Shown here: piece after piece, positions 1 to 11,690 of the stretch
How the letters are laid out: each line of letters opens with the position of its first letter
How positions within the stretch are numbered: position 1 is the first letter of the stretch
NCBI RefSeq assembly: GCF_036321535.1
Contig: NC_087437.1
Coordinates: 54,624,001-54,688,000 of the forward strand
Length of the DNA stretch: 64,000 bases
Source of the DNA: Camelus dromedarius
Lineage: Eukaryota
Reading direction: 5' to 3'
Notes under the pieces: generated by a model
The model's input: the letters and a program-made list of their open reading frames with translations, nothing else
Told to the model about the DNA's origin: nothing
Database searches by the model: none
Translations under genes and position numbers: made by a program

Positions 1-347
1 AATTAGCAAAACTGTGAATTTTTCAATTTCTAGTTTTTTTCTTTTTTTGGCAAAGTTGGCCTTTCACATTCTATTCCTTTATTTATTTATTTATTTATAA
101 TTTTAAAGAAGTCTTTTTAATTCAGCTGATTTCTAGCTTCCAGTGAACCTTTTAACTAATAAAATGCATTGAAAAAGTTTTTTAATTTATTATAAGAACA
201 CCAAAATGCAAAAGGTCACTTTATGTAATGTCTTTTCTTGTAGTTCAGTGTTGTCAGCTCTTTTCCTGATCGAGGTTTGGTTGGGCTGGAAGCAGCCTGA
301 GGGTGTTCATCCCCAGTAATGTTTACTTGTTGCTGTTGGCAACTCAG

Positions 348-811
348 AAAAATAGTGGAGAGAGTTCCTTTATGCACTTCACCCACCCGGCTTCTGCTAA
401 TGTCAGTATCTCACGTGACTGGAGTACATTTATCACAGCTAAGAAGGTAGAATTGGTCCACATGATTAATTAACCTACAGAAGTTCCTTGAATTTCCCCA
501 CTTTTCCACTACTGCTTTATGTCTGCTCCACAATTCAATTTGGGTACTCCTCTGCATTTGGTCATCATCTCTTCTTAGTCTCCTGTCTGTAACTGTTTCT
601 CAATCCTTCCTAGTTTTTCAAGACCTTGGCACTTTTAAAGTGTATTGGGCAGTTATTTTGTAGACTGTCTCTCCATGAATTTACCTGATGTTTTCTCATA
701 GTTAGATGGGGTTGTGGATTTGGGGAAGACCTCCATCGAGGTGAAGCCCCTCTCATGGCTTTGTATCAGGGAGTACCTGATATTAACATGACCCATTCCT
801 GGGATGCCAAC
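348..811 (-). mobile_element. L1MC-family LINE-1 3' UTR fragment
   Basis: Resembles recalled L1MC 3' UTR consensus blocks: aaaatagtggagagagttcc...cttcaccc; gaccttggcacttttaaagtgtattgggcagttattttgtagactgtc; ctgatgttttctcatagttaga. Confidence 0.8.
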
Positions 812-1894
812 ACTGCTGCGGATCAGTTTTCTCTTACCATGTTTTAACTAAAGACTGTTTGTCTGGGCTGTTAACACTCTGATTCCTTGGCATATTAGTG
901 GTGGCCATCACTGACTAGTCTTCAAACTACCAGCTTCATTCTAATGGAAGGCCAAGACTCCCAAAGCAAGTGTCTCCCAAAACTCAATTAGAAAATATTG
1001 TTCGGCCCCCGAGGCCCTTGTTGGGGCTGGCTACGACTGCCTCTAGTCCTAACCCTGGGGCTTGCCTGGTGGGGAGAGTTGAACCACAGTGCCAGCTTTG
1101 TGTATTCTTACCTGGTGAACAGCATGAGGATTGGGGCCTACCTCAGAAACCAAATCTTCACCAGAAAGGAGAACACTAGGGAAAGCAAAAAAGAGTGAGA
1201 GACAGGCTCTGCCAGACTTCTGAAGATGCCCCTTCACCTTAATTAGTATGGCTTAATGGATGCTAGCCATTATTGTCCCCCTTCCCATCCTGGAGGAAGA
1301 AGTGATGGAGATCGCTTTATCATTTGATAAGGGAACAGAATCTTCCATATCCATGGACCAAAACCAGAAAGTATGAAAAGGGGAAGAGTTTCTTTTTTCT
1401 TAGTAGCTTCATACATGGATGCATTACCCATTTCCTGAATTTTCGCCTACCCTGTTTTATTCTCAGAGGATGCACAGTGGGGTTGGGAAGAAAAGTACTG
1501 ATTGAAGAACCAGAAAACAAATCTTGATTCAAGCCACAAAAAATTGGAGGGTAGACTCTCAGTTCCTCTATGTGATGATACCCCTATCCCAATGGGTAGA
1601 GTGGCTAAGTTGCTGTTTTGCTGGTAGGAACCCTTGGTCCTGTTTGGTTTTCCTCATCCTCACATATGAGATGGAGCATTTTCTCTCTCTGACATTTGCC
1701 ATCACAATGTTCAGCAATCTCTTGGTCTTGAGGTATAGAGTTGAGAGAAATATTTTGCAATATTGGTTTGGTTAGATCTGCCTGTGAGAGTCTAAGTACC
1801 TTGATAACTATTGTAGAACTTGTCTCCTTTCTCCAACACACTGTTTCACTCTTTTCAATTCCTAGGAGGTAAAGGTTGAGGAGAGGTTGGAGAT

Positions 1895-2088
1895 GGGCTG
1901 GCCAATATGGTAGCCACTAGCCATGTGGCCACTGAACACTTGAAATGTGGCTAATGCCACATGCTGAAAGGATAAAATTTTGTATCTATCTGTAAAATAA
2001 ATTTCTTTCTATTATTCTTTTAAAATGTGGTGACTAGAAAATTTAAAATTGCCTATGTGGCTCACATTTTATGTCCATTGGACAGTGG
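1895..2088. mobile_element. MER33/MER3-like hAT-Charlie MITE
   Basis: gctggccaatatggtagccactagccatgtggc...cacttgaaatgtggcta...ctagaaaatttaaaattgcctatgtggctcac...cattggacag; ends are inverted-repeat-like. Confidence 0.85.
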
Positions 2089-2339
2089 TTAGAACCTGGG
2101 AAGAGTTGTGGAGCAGAGTGAATTGACCTTGTGTTCTCCTCTGAGTTCTAATAATGTTGGCATTAAAGGGAAAAGCTTCAGCAGTCATAATTTTCATTAA
2201 AAAAGTCTGATTCAGAAGAATTGGCTCACTTTACATTATTGCTTGGACTGGAGAAGAATCTGACATTTGGTATTTTCATAATTGAGAACATAACTTGCTG
2301 ACTTAAAAAAATCACAACATTTTGTGCTTGGCCTTAGGT

Positions 2340-2455
2340 ACCAGACTTTGAGCTCTTTGAAAATAGGGATTGTGTCCTTTCTCTTTCTACCATCCTTTCC
2401 CCTCAAACCACACACTAACTAACACACAGAAGGTGGTTAACTGGCATTTGTTGGG
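2340..2455 (+). mobile_element. L2 3' end fragment
   Basis: ccagactttgagctctttgaaaatagggattgtgtc...acacacagaaggtggttaactggcatttgttg resembles the L2 tail. Confidence 0.55.
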
Positions 2456-3364
2456 AAGCAAAATAACTTTTAAAGAAGTGAAAACCCTATGAAGCTACCC
2501 TATATTTATGGTTGGAAGAGAGAAATACCCACCTTTACAAGGCAACCCTTTTTCTTAAGTCAGCCACCTAAACTAAAGAACATTGATCCAAGTGTTTATT
2601 TACTTCTTGATTTAATTACCATTCTCATCAGGTGTCCCTGTCAGCTCTGCTTATGATAAAGAATCTTTTCAAAATGCTTAACCTCACCACCCCTCTGGGT
2701 AAGGGGAGACAGAAAAAGATGCTGCTTGCACAAATTAATCCTCACCTTGTTCAGATATTATGTCTAAAGGCCTGAAGACTGGATTATCCTTATTTCTCCT
2801 CCTGTTTGATCCTTTTCATCATCTGCCTGTTCTGTGGAGGATCTGGGAATAATAATGAAAGATGGGTTTAAGCTTGGACTATATTAACTTTTCATTTGGT
2901 TTTTTAATTTTATTCTACTTCGAACTGAGCCAGAGCCTCTGTGAACGCATGACTTACTGTCCCCTACTCTGCCATTCCATTCATTCCCTTGAGTCTTCCT
3001 TCTTCAGTACCAGCCCTGGGGCTGGGTGAGAGAGCAGGCTGCGTGTGATGTTGTTATTTGGCCTGAGCCCTGTGCTGGAACATTCAGGATCCTCTGCAAT
3101 TTTTGATTTTTACATCAAGCATGGTGTAGCCTCTGCTTCATCCCTGAGTCCAGACATAGTGAAGGGCATGTTGTCTTGGCCAGAGGCAAGACTTTTGGCA
3201 TCTATGATGGCTTTGTTGCTCACTATTCCTAATAAAGTCCTCTTGGAAGAAGTTTTTTTTAGTATACACAGCCTTATTTCTAAGAAATATTTGAAGCTTT
3301 GATTCTTCTGCTGAACACAATGGAAAGTCATGGATTCTCTTGGAATCTCTTGTGTACAGGGCGT

Positions 3365-3590
3365 CTGTGATGAGTGGAAAGAGCATTGGCTTTGGAGTCA
3401 GAAGAGCTGTGTTTACTTCCTAGCTTTGCTGTTTTCTAGTCGTCAGACTTGGGACAAGTAGCGTATCATCTCTGAGCATGAATCTCTTCATGGGTCCCTG
3501 CTTCACAGGATTGTCAGCTGTTAATGAAGGTGGGGTACCTATTCTAGGGACTAGTCCTTAGGCGTTATGAACACTAAATGAATTGTGATG
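3365..3590 (+). mobile_element. MIR SINE
   Basis: gtggaaagagcattggctttggagtcagaagagctg...cttgggacaagt...tctctgagc...cctgcttcacaggattgt. Confidence 0.8.
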
Positions 3591-5039
3591 TTGTTGGTGA
3601 TAGACCAGTGGCCATCTTCTGTCTTCATTTGGAGGTGGGGGAGGAGGGCATCGGGTGATCGTGTGGTAAAATCCACTTTAATTCTCACTGTGAGAAAAAG
3701 AGCAGGGAAAATTGTGGTAAGCAATTGCTTCTAAAAAGCTCGGACTAAAAGCACTTGATGGATTTGTGCTGGCTTCCCGGTAGACTCATCTCTGTACTGC
3801 CCGCATTGCACAATTAATAGTTATTACTCAAGAAGGAACAAATAAAAAAAAAGAGAGCAGGCATAAAAACATCCTTTCATCTTCCTGAAGATGGTCCCCC
3901 TTGTCAGGTCTGTGGAGCCATACCTGTGAATCATCCTGGGAAAGCACAGTGTGGGTGACTAGAAGGAAGATCTTGTGGTTCATTTCTTACCCACTTCCTG
4001 GGCTGGGAAATGTCTAAGCTCATCTTTCTTATCTGCTGATACCTTGTCAATATCTACTACCGTTCACCATGCATCTTCACAAATGAGGGCCTCTTTCTCA
4101 CATCCTCACGCCAAACATCTTGTGTAGAGAGCCTGTTACTCTCTGGGCAGAAGAAGTTGCAAAGCAAAAGCAGGATAAAGTTGAGAGGGTAAGCCTGGGG
4201 CCATGGAAAAGCATTGGAGTAGGTGTATAGAGATGTGAATGTAAGCGTGATCACAGAAACATTCAAGCCATGTTTGTTTCACGAGGGTATGAAATGAATC
4301 ACAGTCCTGCCCCACAGTGGCCACACTGGCCGTGGGCGCTTTGCTCCTGTGCTTCCAGAGTCTGTGAGTCAAGCTTTGCCACTTGCAGTCTTGAAGCTTA
4401 GTCAGACTAGAAGGAAACCCTGACTTTGGGGATGAATGCTCCGAGGGGACATCTAATTCTCCTTTAGATTCAACTTCATAGGCAGAATGAAGGTGAAGGT
4501 CGTGATTTAGGGTCTGTTGCTGTGTTGGAATCTAGCTGAAGCAGAGATTCTGGGAGAGCTCCATAATGTCTTCTGAGTTTCAGATTGGTCTTCGGTGAAG
4601 TAGGAATAGGGTTGCTGTCCGTCCTGTAGAGAGCACATGCTGTATTGTGCCTGGCACAGAATGAGTTCTCAATAAATGATTGGTGTGGTGGTTGTTACTG
4701 TTATTTTTATTATCTGTCAGCACAATCATTTTCCTTGGCCCTATCTTATATAGGGATAGTTTGTGGCCACAGGAGATATTAGTGGTGGAAGTGCTTTGTA
4801 CTAGAAAGATAGAAACAATCTATAGAGTGAACAAAGTCATTAAAGTAAGCTTGGAATCCATTCCACCATCTTCTTTTTTATTTGCACTCAAGGATAATTT
4901 GGCCTCAAGTCTTAGATGTTAACTTTTTGGCTACATCTCTGGGATTTTTTTCCCTTTTCTCTAATCCACCTATTATCGCCCTTAGACAGCCTGTCATGGC
5001 CTCCTGCTTGACTGGTTTTCCTGCCTCCAGAACCGCCCA

Positions 5040-5145
5040 GATCCCTGGTTCTCAAAATGTGGTTCCCTGAACAGCAGCATTGCCATCAAGCCTCACAATT
5101 TGCTAGATCTGCAGCATCTCCAGCCCCACCAAATGTGCTGAATCA
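5040..5145. mobile_element. MER5A fragment (hAT-Charlie)
   Basis: ctggttctcaaaatgtggttccctgaacagcagcattgccatc...tgctagatctgcagcatctccagccccacc...ctgaatca. Confidence 0.7.
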
Positions 5146-5344
5146 TATGGCATGTTCCCTACCCTGCTGTAGGGCCATTGTCCAACTCCATTTGCTACCA
5201 CCTTTGCTCTGAGTACATGCTTGGCCAGTGTGTATTTGTTCTGCCTACAGGATATTTCCTGATCTGATTGTTCTCACTCCCTCTTTGCAAGAGATGGTTG
5301 AGAGGATAAGCATGGACCATGGAAAAGCACTGGAGTAGAATAGT

Positions 5345-6135
5345 GACCCAATCCGAGTCACCATTTATAACCTTGACTGTCACAATGGAGTCTCTGCAGT
5401 GGTCTTGATACTTCTGTGATTTCCCCTCATGACCTTTCTCCACACCATGTGGAAAGATCTAAAGATCTTCATATCACACCCACTGCCATATAGTGGCTTC
5501 CATGGTATCTAGAAACATTTGAAAGACCTTTATGTGGCCTGCAAGGCCCTGTGAAGTGGGCTCTGTCTTTTCCTTTATCTCCACCATGTAACCACTTTAC
5601 TCAGTAAACTATAGACACACTGACCTTCCTAGTGTATAAGCCAAGTTTCTTCCCACCTGACCTTCCTCTGATGCCGATGTGGTGTCATCATTCAAGGCTT
5701 AGTACAAATGTCATCCCTTTGGAGAGGTCTTCCTTCACCTATAGCTAAGGTAGTACCCGCCCCCACCATTGCTTCTTCCATTATCTTGTTTTATTTTCTA
5801 CATTATGGTTCTCCGACAGCAGGGTTAGGATGCCTTGTTTTCTTTATGTACACTGCAGACTCTTCTGGTGAGAGACACCTTAGTTATAATCACAATGGTG
5901 AAGGTTTGCTGAGTGCTTACTGTCTGCCAGGCACTGCTAATAGTCCACTCTAATGGATCAGTTGGATTATTTCATTCTCTTAAAGGATTATATGTTGGTG
6001 TCTGTCTTCCTTTTGTCTTAGGATGTCAGCTCCCTAAAGGTGGGAGCCTTGTCTGTTGCCACTGTATTCCCAGCCTGTGGAAGACTGCCTGACTTAGGAG
6101 AGACTTTTAGGAAACGGTTATTTAGGGAATGAATG
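5345..6135 (+). mobile_element. L2 3' region, interrupted by a short antisense MIR piece at ~5880-5960
   Basis: L2 blocks: gtggcctgcaaggccctg; tcattcaaggcttagtacaaatgtcatccctttggagaggtcttcc; gatgtcagctccctaaaggtgggagccttgtctg...gaatgaatg tail. Confidence 0.75.
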
Positions 6136-7589
6136 GGTCCCAGAAGATTATCATTTGGAAACAAATCTACATGCAAGAAAAGAACAGAACCTCTCTCATC
6201 CTCTATTCCAGACATGTTCTAGGAGAAAATAACCTTAAGTTGATCTCTATCTTTGGTCTATGAGACGGAGCAGGCATTGGAATCTGATTTAGGATTTGTT
6301 CTAGTGGCCTTGAGTGCATCTGCAGATCCTGAAAATCTGGGAGGGAGGTTCTTGCGTGGCACCTTAATGAAAACAAGTCCTTTCTAAAGCTTTAAGTTTG
6401 GCGCTTGGCCTGGGTGGAAATATAGGGCCTTCTGACTTGTATGTTCTTTGTGTGCAAGTTGTCGATGTGCGTATGCGAACCTTTTATTATTATGGACTCA
6501 GTCGGCAGTAACCATGGTGAGTAGACCTATCACACAGCATTTTTCTGAGTCAGTTTAAAATGCTGACAATTAAATATACCGTACTCTTTTAAGCGATCCA
6601 TCAGTCTCCCTTGTTGTCATGGTGACTGGAGTATATTTAGAAATGTGACAAGTACACTGAGTTCAATTGCACTTTTGCCAAAACATAGTTTTGCAGCTAA
6701 AATTGAATTTCCTGATTGAAGATCCAAGTGCTGTTAAGGGGGCATGATCGTTTCTATACATTATTCTGGAAGCGTAACTTACATCATTCTATTAAATCAG
6801 CAGTTAAAGACTTACCGGGCTAGTAAAATACTGACATCAGAGGTGGTTATACTTAGAGTTGATGAAATAAAGTGAAATAAAGGCATCTTTTTTTTCTTTA
6901 AAAATGAAATTTGGGCCTCATCAATATAACTAATTTAATGATTAATTCCTTTATATATTTAAAAATTATAGGGAAGTGTACACGTGTGTATTCCTCCAGA
7001 TTATGTTTTTTATTTAGAGAAACTTATCAAGGACCTCCTCTCTCCTACTTGTAATCTATTTTTAGTGGTATCAGGGCATCTTTTTTCTTTTCGTCTAACC
7101 TCAGATTGATAAGCATCCTGATTTTTCCCCAACCTCATTCCTTTTGGGTTTCAAATGAAGTGGAGTAAAGAGACCAAATGAACATGACTTTTTGCTCAAA
7201 CAAAGGAAGAATAAAGGTCTCTTTTGTCTAGTTAGGAACTTGGTTGGAATCCTCGTTTGCCTCTTGTCCTTTGTCCTGTCACCACAGTGCTGAGAATGAT
7301 GCTGAGTGTGAACTGCTGGCTCATTTGACCACAGAACATTTGGGAACCTATGCAGTGGCTGGGTCATTATTTCATCCCTGATTTCATTCCTGGTTTCTGG
7401 TCAAAGACAGATTCTTTGTTCTTGAGATGAGAAACAAGTGCTCCTGGATACTTACGCTTTTCTGTTTCCATGGAGCTGGATGCTTCAGTAACAGGTTGAT
7501 TTTAAGCCCCTGTAATATGTAAGTTAAAACTGTTGTTATTTCTTTACGCATACTTGGCAAATAGTCTGTTTTGGTAAGAGACATCCTCA

Positions 7590-7850
7590 TTATAATAATA
7601 ATTGGTAACATTTACTGAGTTTTTACTATGTGCCAGATGCAGTGTATACTAAGCCTTTAGATGGATCATTTCAGTGGAGCTACTATGAGTAGGTCCTATT
7701 GTCATTGTCATTTTACATTGAAGAAATAGGTTTAGAGAGGTTTTTTTGTTTGTTTGTTTGTTTTGTTTTTTTTTAAATCTTGATCAAAGCATACCTTGAG
7801 TAGTAAAGGAGTCTGGATTCTGATCCATGTGCCATATTAACCAGTGTCAG
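7590..7850 (-). mobile_element. MIR SINE with internal T-rich (TTTG)n expansion
   Basis: aataataattggtaacatttactgagtttttactatgtgccagatgc...cattttacattgaagaaataggtttagagagg. Confidence 0.75.
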
Positions 7851-8105
7851 CTCCATGGAAGGCACACAGTGAATATTTGTTGACTAATGAATGGCCTACT
7901 CCATGGTGAAGTCATACAGATGCTTCAGTGTTTCTAAATACTCACTAATATGGCAGCTACATAAAGGTGTAAACCAATAGCAGGATCTAAAGGAAAGTAG
8001 AAAAAGTAGCTCATTTACTCTGTATCTTCTTTAGAGGTTTAGAGGTTTAGAACCAAAGAAAAATAGCACAAATCTGGATGGGAATAGACATAATCCCATC
8101 TAGTC

Positions 8106-9462
8106 CAGTGGGTTAGTCTCGGGACCTATTTACACTCTTAAAACTGAGTTTTTGTTTATGTGAGTGATAGTTAATGCTATTCATTATCTTGGAAATTAAA
8201 CAAAAATAAAACTGGTATTTTAATGAAAGATATGTGTATGAAAATAAGTACATTTTCCAAAACAAACAAATATAAAATTAGTGAGGAAAATAGCAACTGG
8301 CTTCTTACCTCTGCATTAAATTTGTTGAGATACTTATTTTGATTAAAGTTTACGGAGAAAATCCAGAAAGGATTTACAGAAAGGCTTGGGAAAAAGAAGT
8401 AAAAAAAAAGAGGTAATTGTGGATTTTCTTCTTTGATACTACACCAAAACTTGACAGGTGGTAGTTTCTTAAAGTTTAGTTATAATGGCAAATCTGAAAT
8501 CAGATCAATAACACTTTATTTTTTTTATCATTTGTTATATTAAAATCCACTGGTCTAATTTTTACTTTGAATTGGTCTTCACCTATGATTATGTAACATC
8601 ATTTGTTGGTCATTTGGAAGATATTGGTTCATGGAGTTATGCATATCTTCCAAATGTTCACATATTTCATTCTTTAGCATTTTAAAAAAGATCACATTCA
8701 TTATTATGATCACTGATTTTATTAAAAGAATGTTTTAAGTATTAGAAAATTACAAGTGTACAATGGTAGAGAAAGGTTTTCAAAATTCTAATTTTCACTT
8801 GAACACTTGAGTTTTATCATTGACAATAAATACTCTTAATTGTTTTCCTTGGAATGGTAGTTTCTTTTAGCCTAGTTTTGAGAAAATGTCTGGGATGACC
8901 AAGTCTGAATGAGTGCAGTTTGTCAGTCATTCCTTCAAAAGAAAAGAAAAATGGTGTTTCATGCAAAGATCTGTTAGTTCAGCTCTCAATTCAGACAATC
9001 ATACAAGTGCATTTCTTGGAGACAACCATTATAGTTTGGGGTTCAGCAGGAGTTCTTCATGAATACTTCCTGTTATCTCACACAGGATATTTTAAAAAAG
9101 GTACCAATCTTACAAAAAAGATATAAAAACATCAGAATTGAGATTGAATAAAGTTAAGAATTTTTTTTAATGCATTAAGGACAATCTTAAACGGGACAAC
9201 CCCCCTCGGCCCTCCCCCCCTTTACTGTGGGTGCTTGGTGATGAAAAGTACAATGACTTTCCGTACATTTTGATGCCACTTCCTTGATTCATGTTAACAC
9301 TCCAGACATTTTTACTCACTTACTACTTTTGTACCATTGATGTAAATAAATGTCCATACGGTGAAAAAGGTTCGTAACATCTTAGTATGATGAACTTGCA
9401 GTCCCCTGTGAAGGTCTAGAGGACCCACTCCGAGTTTGTGGATCACACATTGAGAGCCACTG
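8106..9462. mobile_element. Charlie1a/b-type non-autonomous hAT DNA transposon with 8-bp TSD
   Basis: Starts cagtggg..., ends ...gatcacacattgagagccactg; flanked by atctagtc (8098-8105) and atctaatc (9463-9470); internal blocks (ggacctatttacactcttaaaa; ctttgatactacaccaaaacttgacaggtggtagtttcttaaag) match recalled Charlie1 consensus. Confidence 0.88.
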
Positions 9463-11059
9463 ATCTAATCCAGTCCATGCATTTGATAGGAGAGGAGAGC
9501 TGGAAGAGACCTACACAAGACAACTCCCCCACCGCCACTCCCCTAGGTAGTGGTGGAACAAGGGCAAGAACTCAGTTGTTAGTGCATTCCTCGTTTTATT
9601 TTTCTTTTGATTTCCTGTTTCAGTTTCAGAAATCTCAAGGTAGATGTTTCTGATTTTTTTGGTTAATATGGTGATGCCAATATAGAATTACTGAATATAT
9701 TTAAGAAGATTTCTATATTTTTTGCATATTAAACCCTTTGTGTATTTTCCCTTCTATGCACTCATCACTGCACCATTGCTCTCTCTTCTGCTTTTCAATA
9801 TTTCAGTAGTAGCCATTGATGCCTCTTGAAACAGAACATGCTTTGTCTTTGCTAAGATGGAGAGATGTTAAGGAGCAGTTGACTGCTTATTCATTTTCTG
9901 GTTTAGAATTCCAGCTTTGTGGGGAAAAAAGAATCATTGAGTTTGGGCTCAAGCAGCCACTTCTTTCTTCACCTAGATTAGTTAAAAAAATCACAGGAAA
10001 GTAAATTGTTCACACAAGCATTATCTTTCATATCACTACAAGTCTTCTCATTGGCCAATTACCCTCAACCTTCAATTCTCTATGAAAGCGTCTCTCTGTC
10101 ACTCTCTCTCTTCCTCTCTCTCTTTTTCTCCATCTCTGCAAAGGGGAGGTTGTCCAATAAAAATTACTTTCTATTTTGTTTTTGCTTATGTTAATATTTT
10201 ATGTGATCTGTTTTCTCCAATGAAAATTGGTCAAATTGTGAAATTGTAATGAAGGATGCTGAGAGAGGCAGTAGAACCAGACCCAGTTATTGCATTTTTC
10301 TCTTGAATACCTCCTTCCTGTTGTAGAGTAGCTTTTCAGGAGGCTGAGGGTTGAAAGAGGTTGCATTGTATGAAAATGAGTAAATCTGGCAAACCGTGAA
10401 AGTAGATTTGCAGACTCTCAAATGTATTGTTCTCTCATTTTCGAGTAAGTTGGATGTTCTTTTGCAAAATGTCATTTTTTCCTATTTCTCATCCAACTTC
10501 TGATCGCTTTCCCTCACTTGTGAGCTTTGTCAGTTAAACTTTGTTTTCTAACCTCTGATTCTTCTCCCATGACTGTTTTTGTTACCTAAAAGTGTGATCA
10601 GATTTGGCCTTTGATCACGCCTGTGAATCAGCTCTTCCCTAAAGCTAGGCCTTCAGTAACTTCTTCTTCTTTCCACAGAACTGATGTTTCCTGATCTGCA
10701 AACCATTTAGTCTTTTTCTTTCTTTTTTAGACTTCTACTTATGGTTTTTCCTAGGCATTTATTAGGCTTGAAAATTGCCTAGCAACAGTTCTAACTCTTC
10801 ACAGTGTGTTTTCTGCCTCCTTGTTGGAACGTCTGGAGCATGGGGACTGTCCTGTGCTTGGTGCCTCAGAGGAGCTCCATGGATGTGTTGAATGGATGTT
10901 ATTTTTATCCAGAGGTCTCTTCTTCAAAGGACATTCTTCAGATTTTTATCTAGTGATCTGAGCTGTTGCTTATCTCTCAATCCTGGACAGCTAAATCTCT
11001 GAAGCACAGAGCTGCACTGGCCCATCTTCTAATGCCGACTCCCTCCCACTGCCGGGATG

Positions 11060-11330
11060 TCACGCATGCCTTTCCTGGCAGATGGCCACTCAGCCTCTGC
11101 TTGAACACGTCCAATTCTTTGTGAGGCAATTTGTTCTCCTGCTGGACAGCTTCATGTTGAATGTCCTCCTTTGCATTGCTCTGAAACTGGATTTTCCAAC
11201 ATTTCGACCCTAGTAGTTCTAAGTTGCAGATTTTTCAAAAGCATATGACTGACATAGGTCACACCCTCAGATAGCTGAAGATAGCTTTAATTTCCCCATC
11301 CACCTTCTTTCCTCCTTCAGTCTTCTTTCT
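11060..11330 (-). mobile_element. L3/CR1 LINE 3' fragment
   Basis: cagatggccactcagcctctgcttgaacac...gaggcaatttgttctcctgctggacagct...cccctcagatagctgaagatagct-like blocks of the L3 3' end. Confidence 0.7.
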
Positions 11331-11469
11331 CGCTACCTACATCGTAGGACCTAAGAAGGTTTGGATGCTCATATTTTTTATGCCTCCCCTATTTTCACAG
11401 CACTTTCTAGATTTCCATCCTGCCCTCCCACTCAAAATGCCTCTTTCAGCCCCACTTCTTTTCTCTGTT

Positions 11470-11690
11470 ACTGTAATGAAAGCAGTCTGAGTTTGGGGGC
11501 CTCCAAGTTGGGATATGAATTCTAGTATAACTTGGTGTGTGAACTTGATCAGGTTACTTACTCTTTCTAAGCATTCATTTACTCAGATGCAAAATGGATA
11601 TGTAGTGATTTCTGAGAATATTTTTTAAGGATTAAAGTATGTGAAGTGCTTAGCTCAGTTACAGAAACATAACATGCTAAAAAATATTAC
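11470..11690 (+). mobile_element. MIR SINE
   Basis: gtgtgtgaacttgatcaggttacttactctttctaagcattcatttactcagatgcaaaatgg...aaggattaaagtatgtgaagtgcttagc. Confidence 0.75.

Noticed and set aside
860..1190. Possible old MLT1-type LTR
   Set aside because: Only faint resemblance; no termini or TSD, so not listed as a feature
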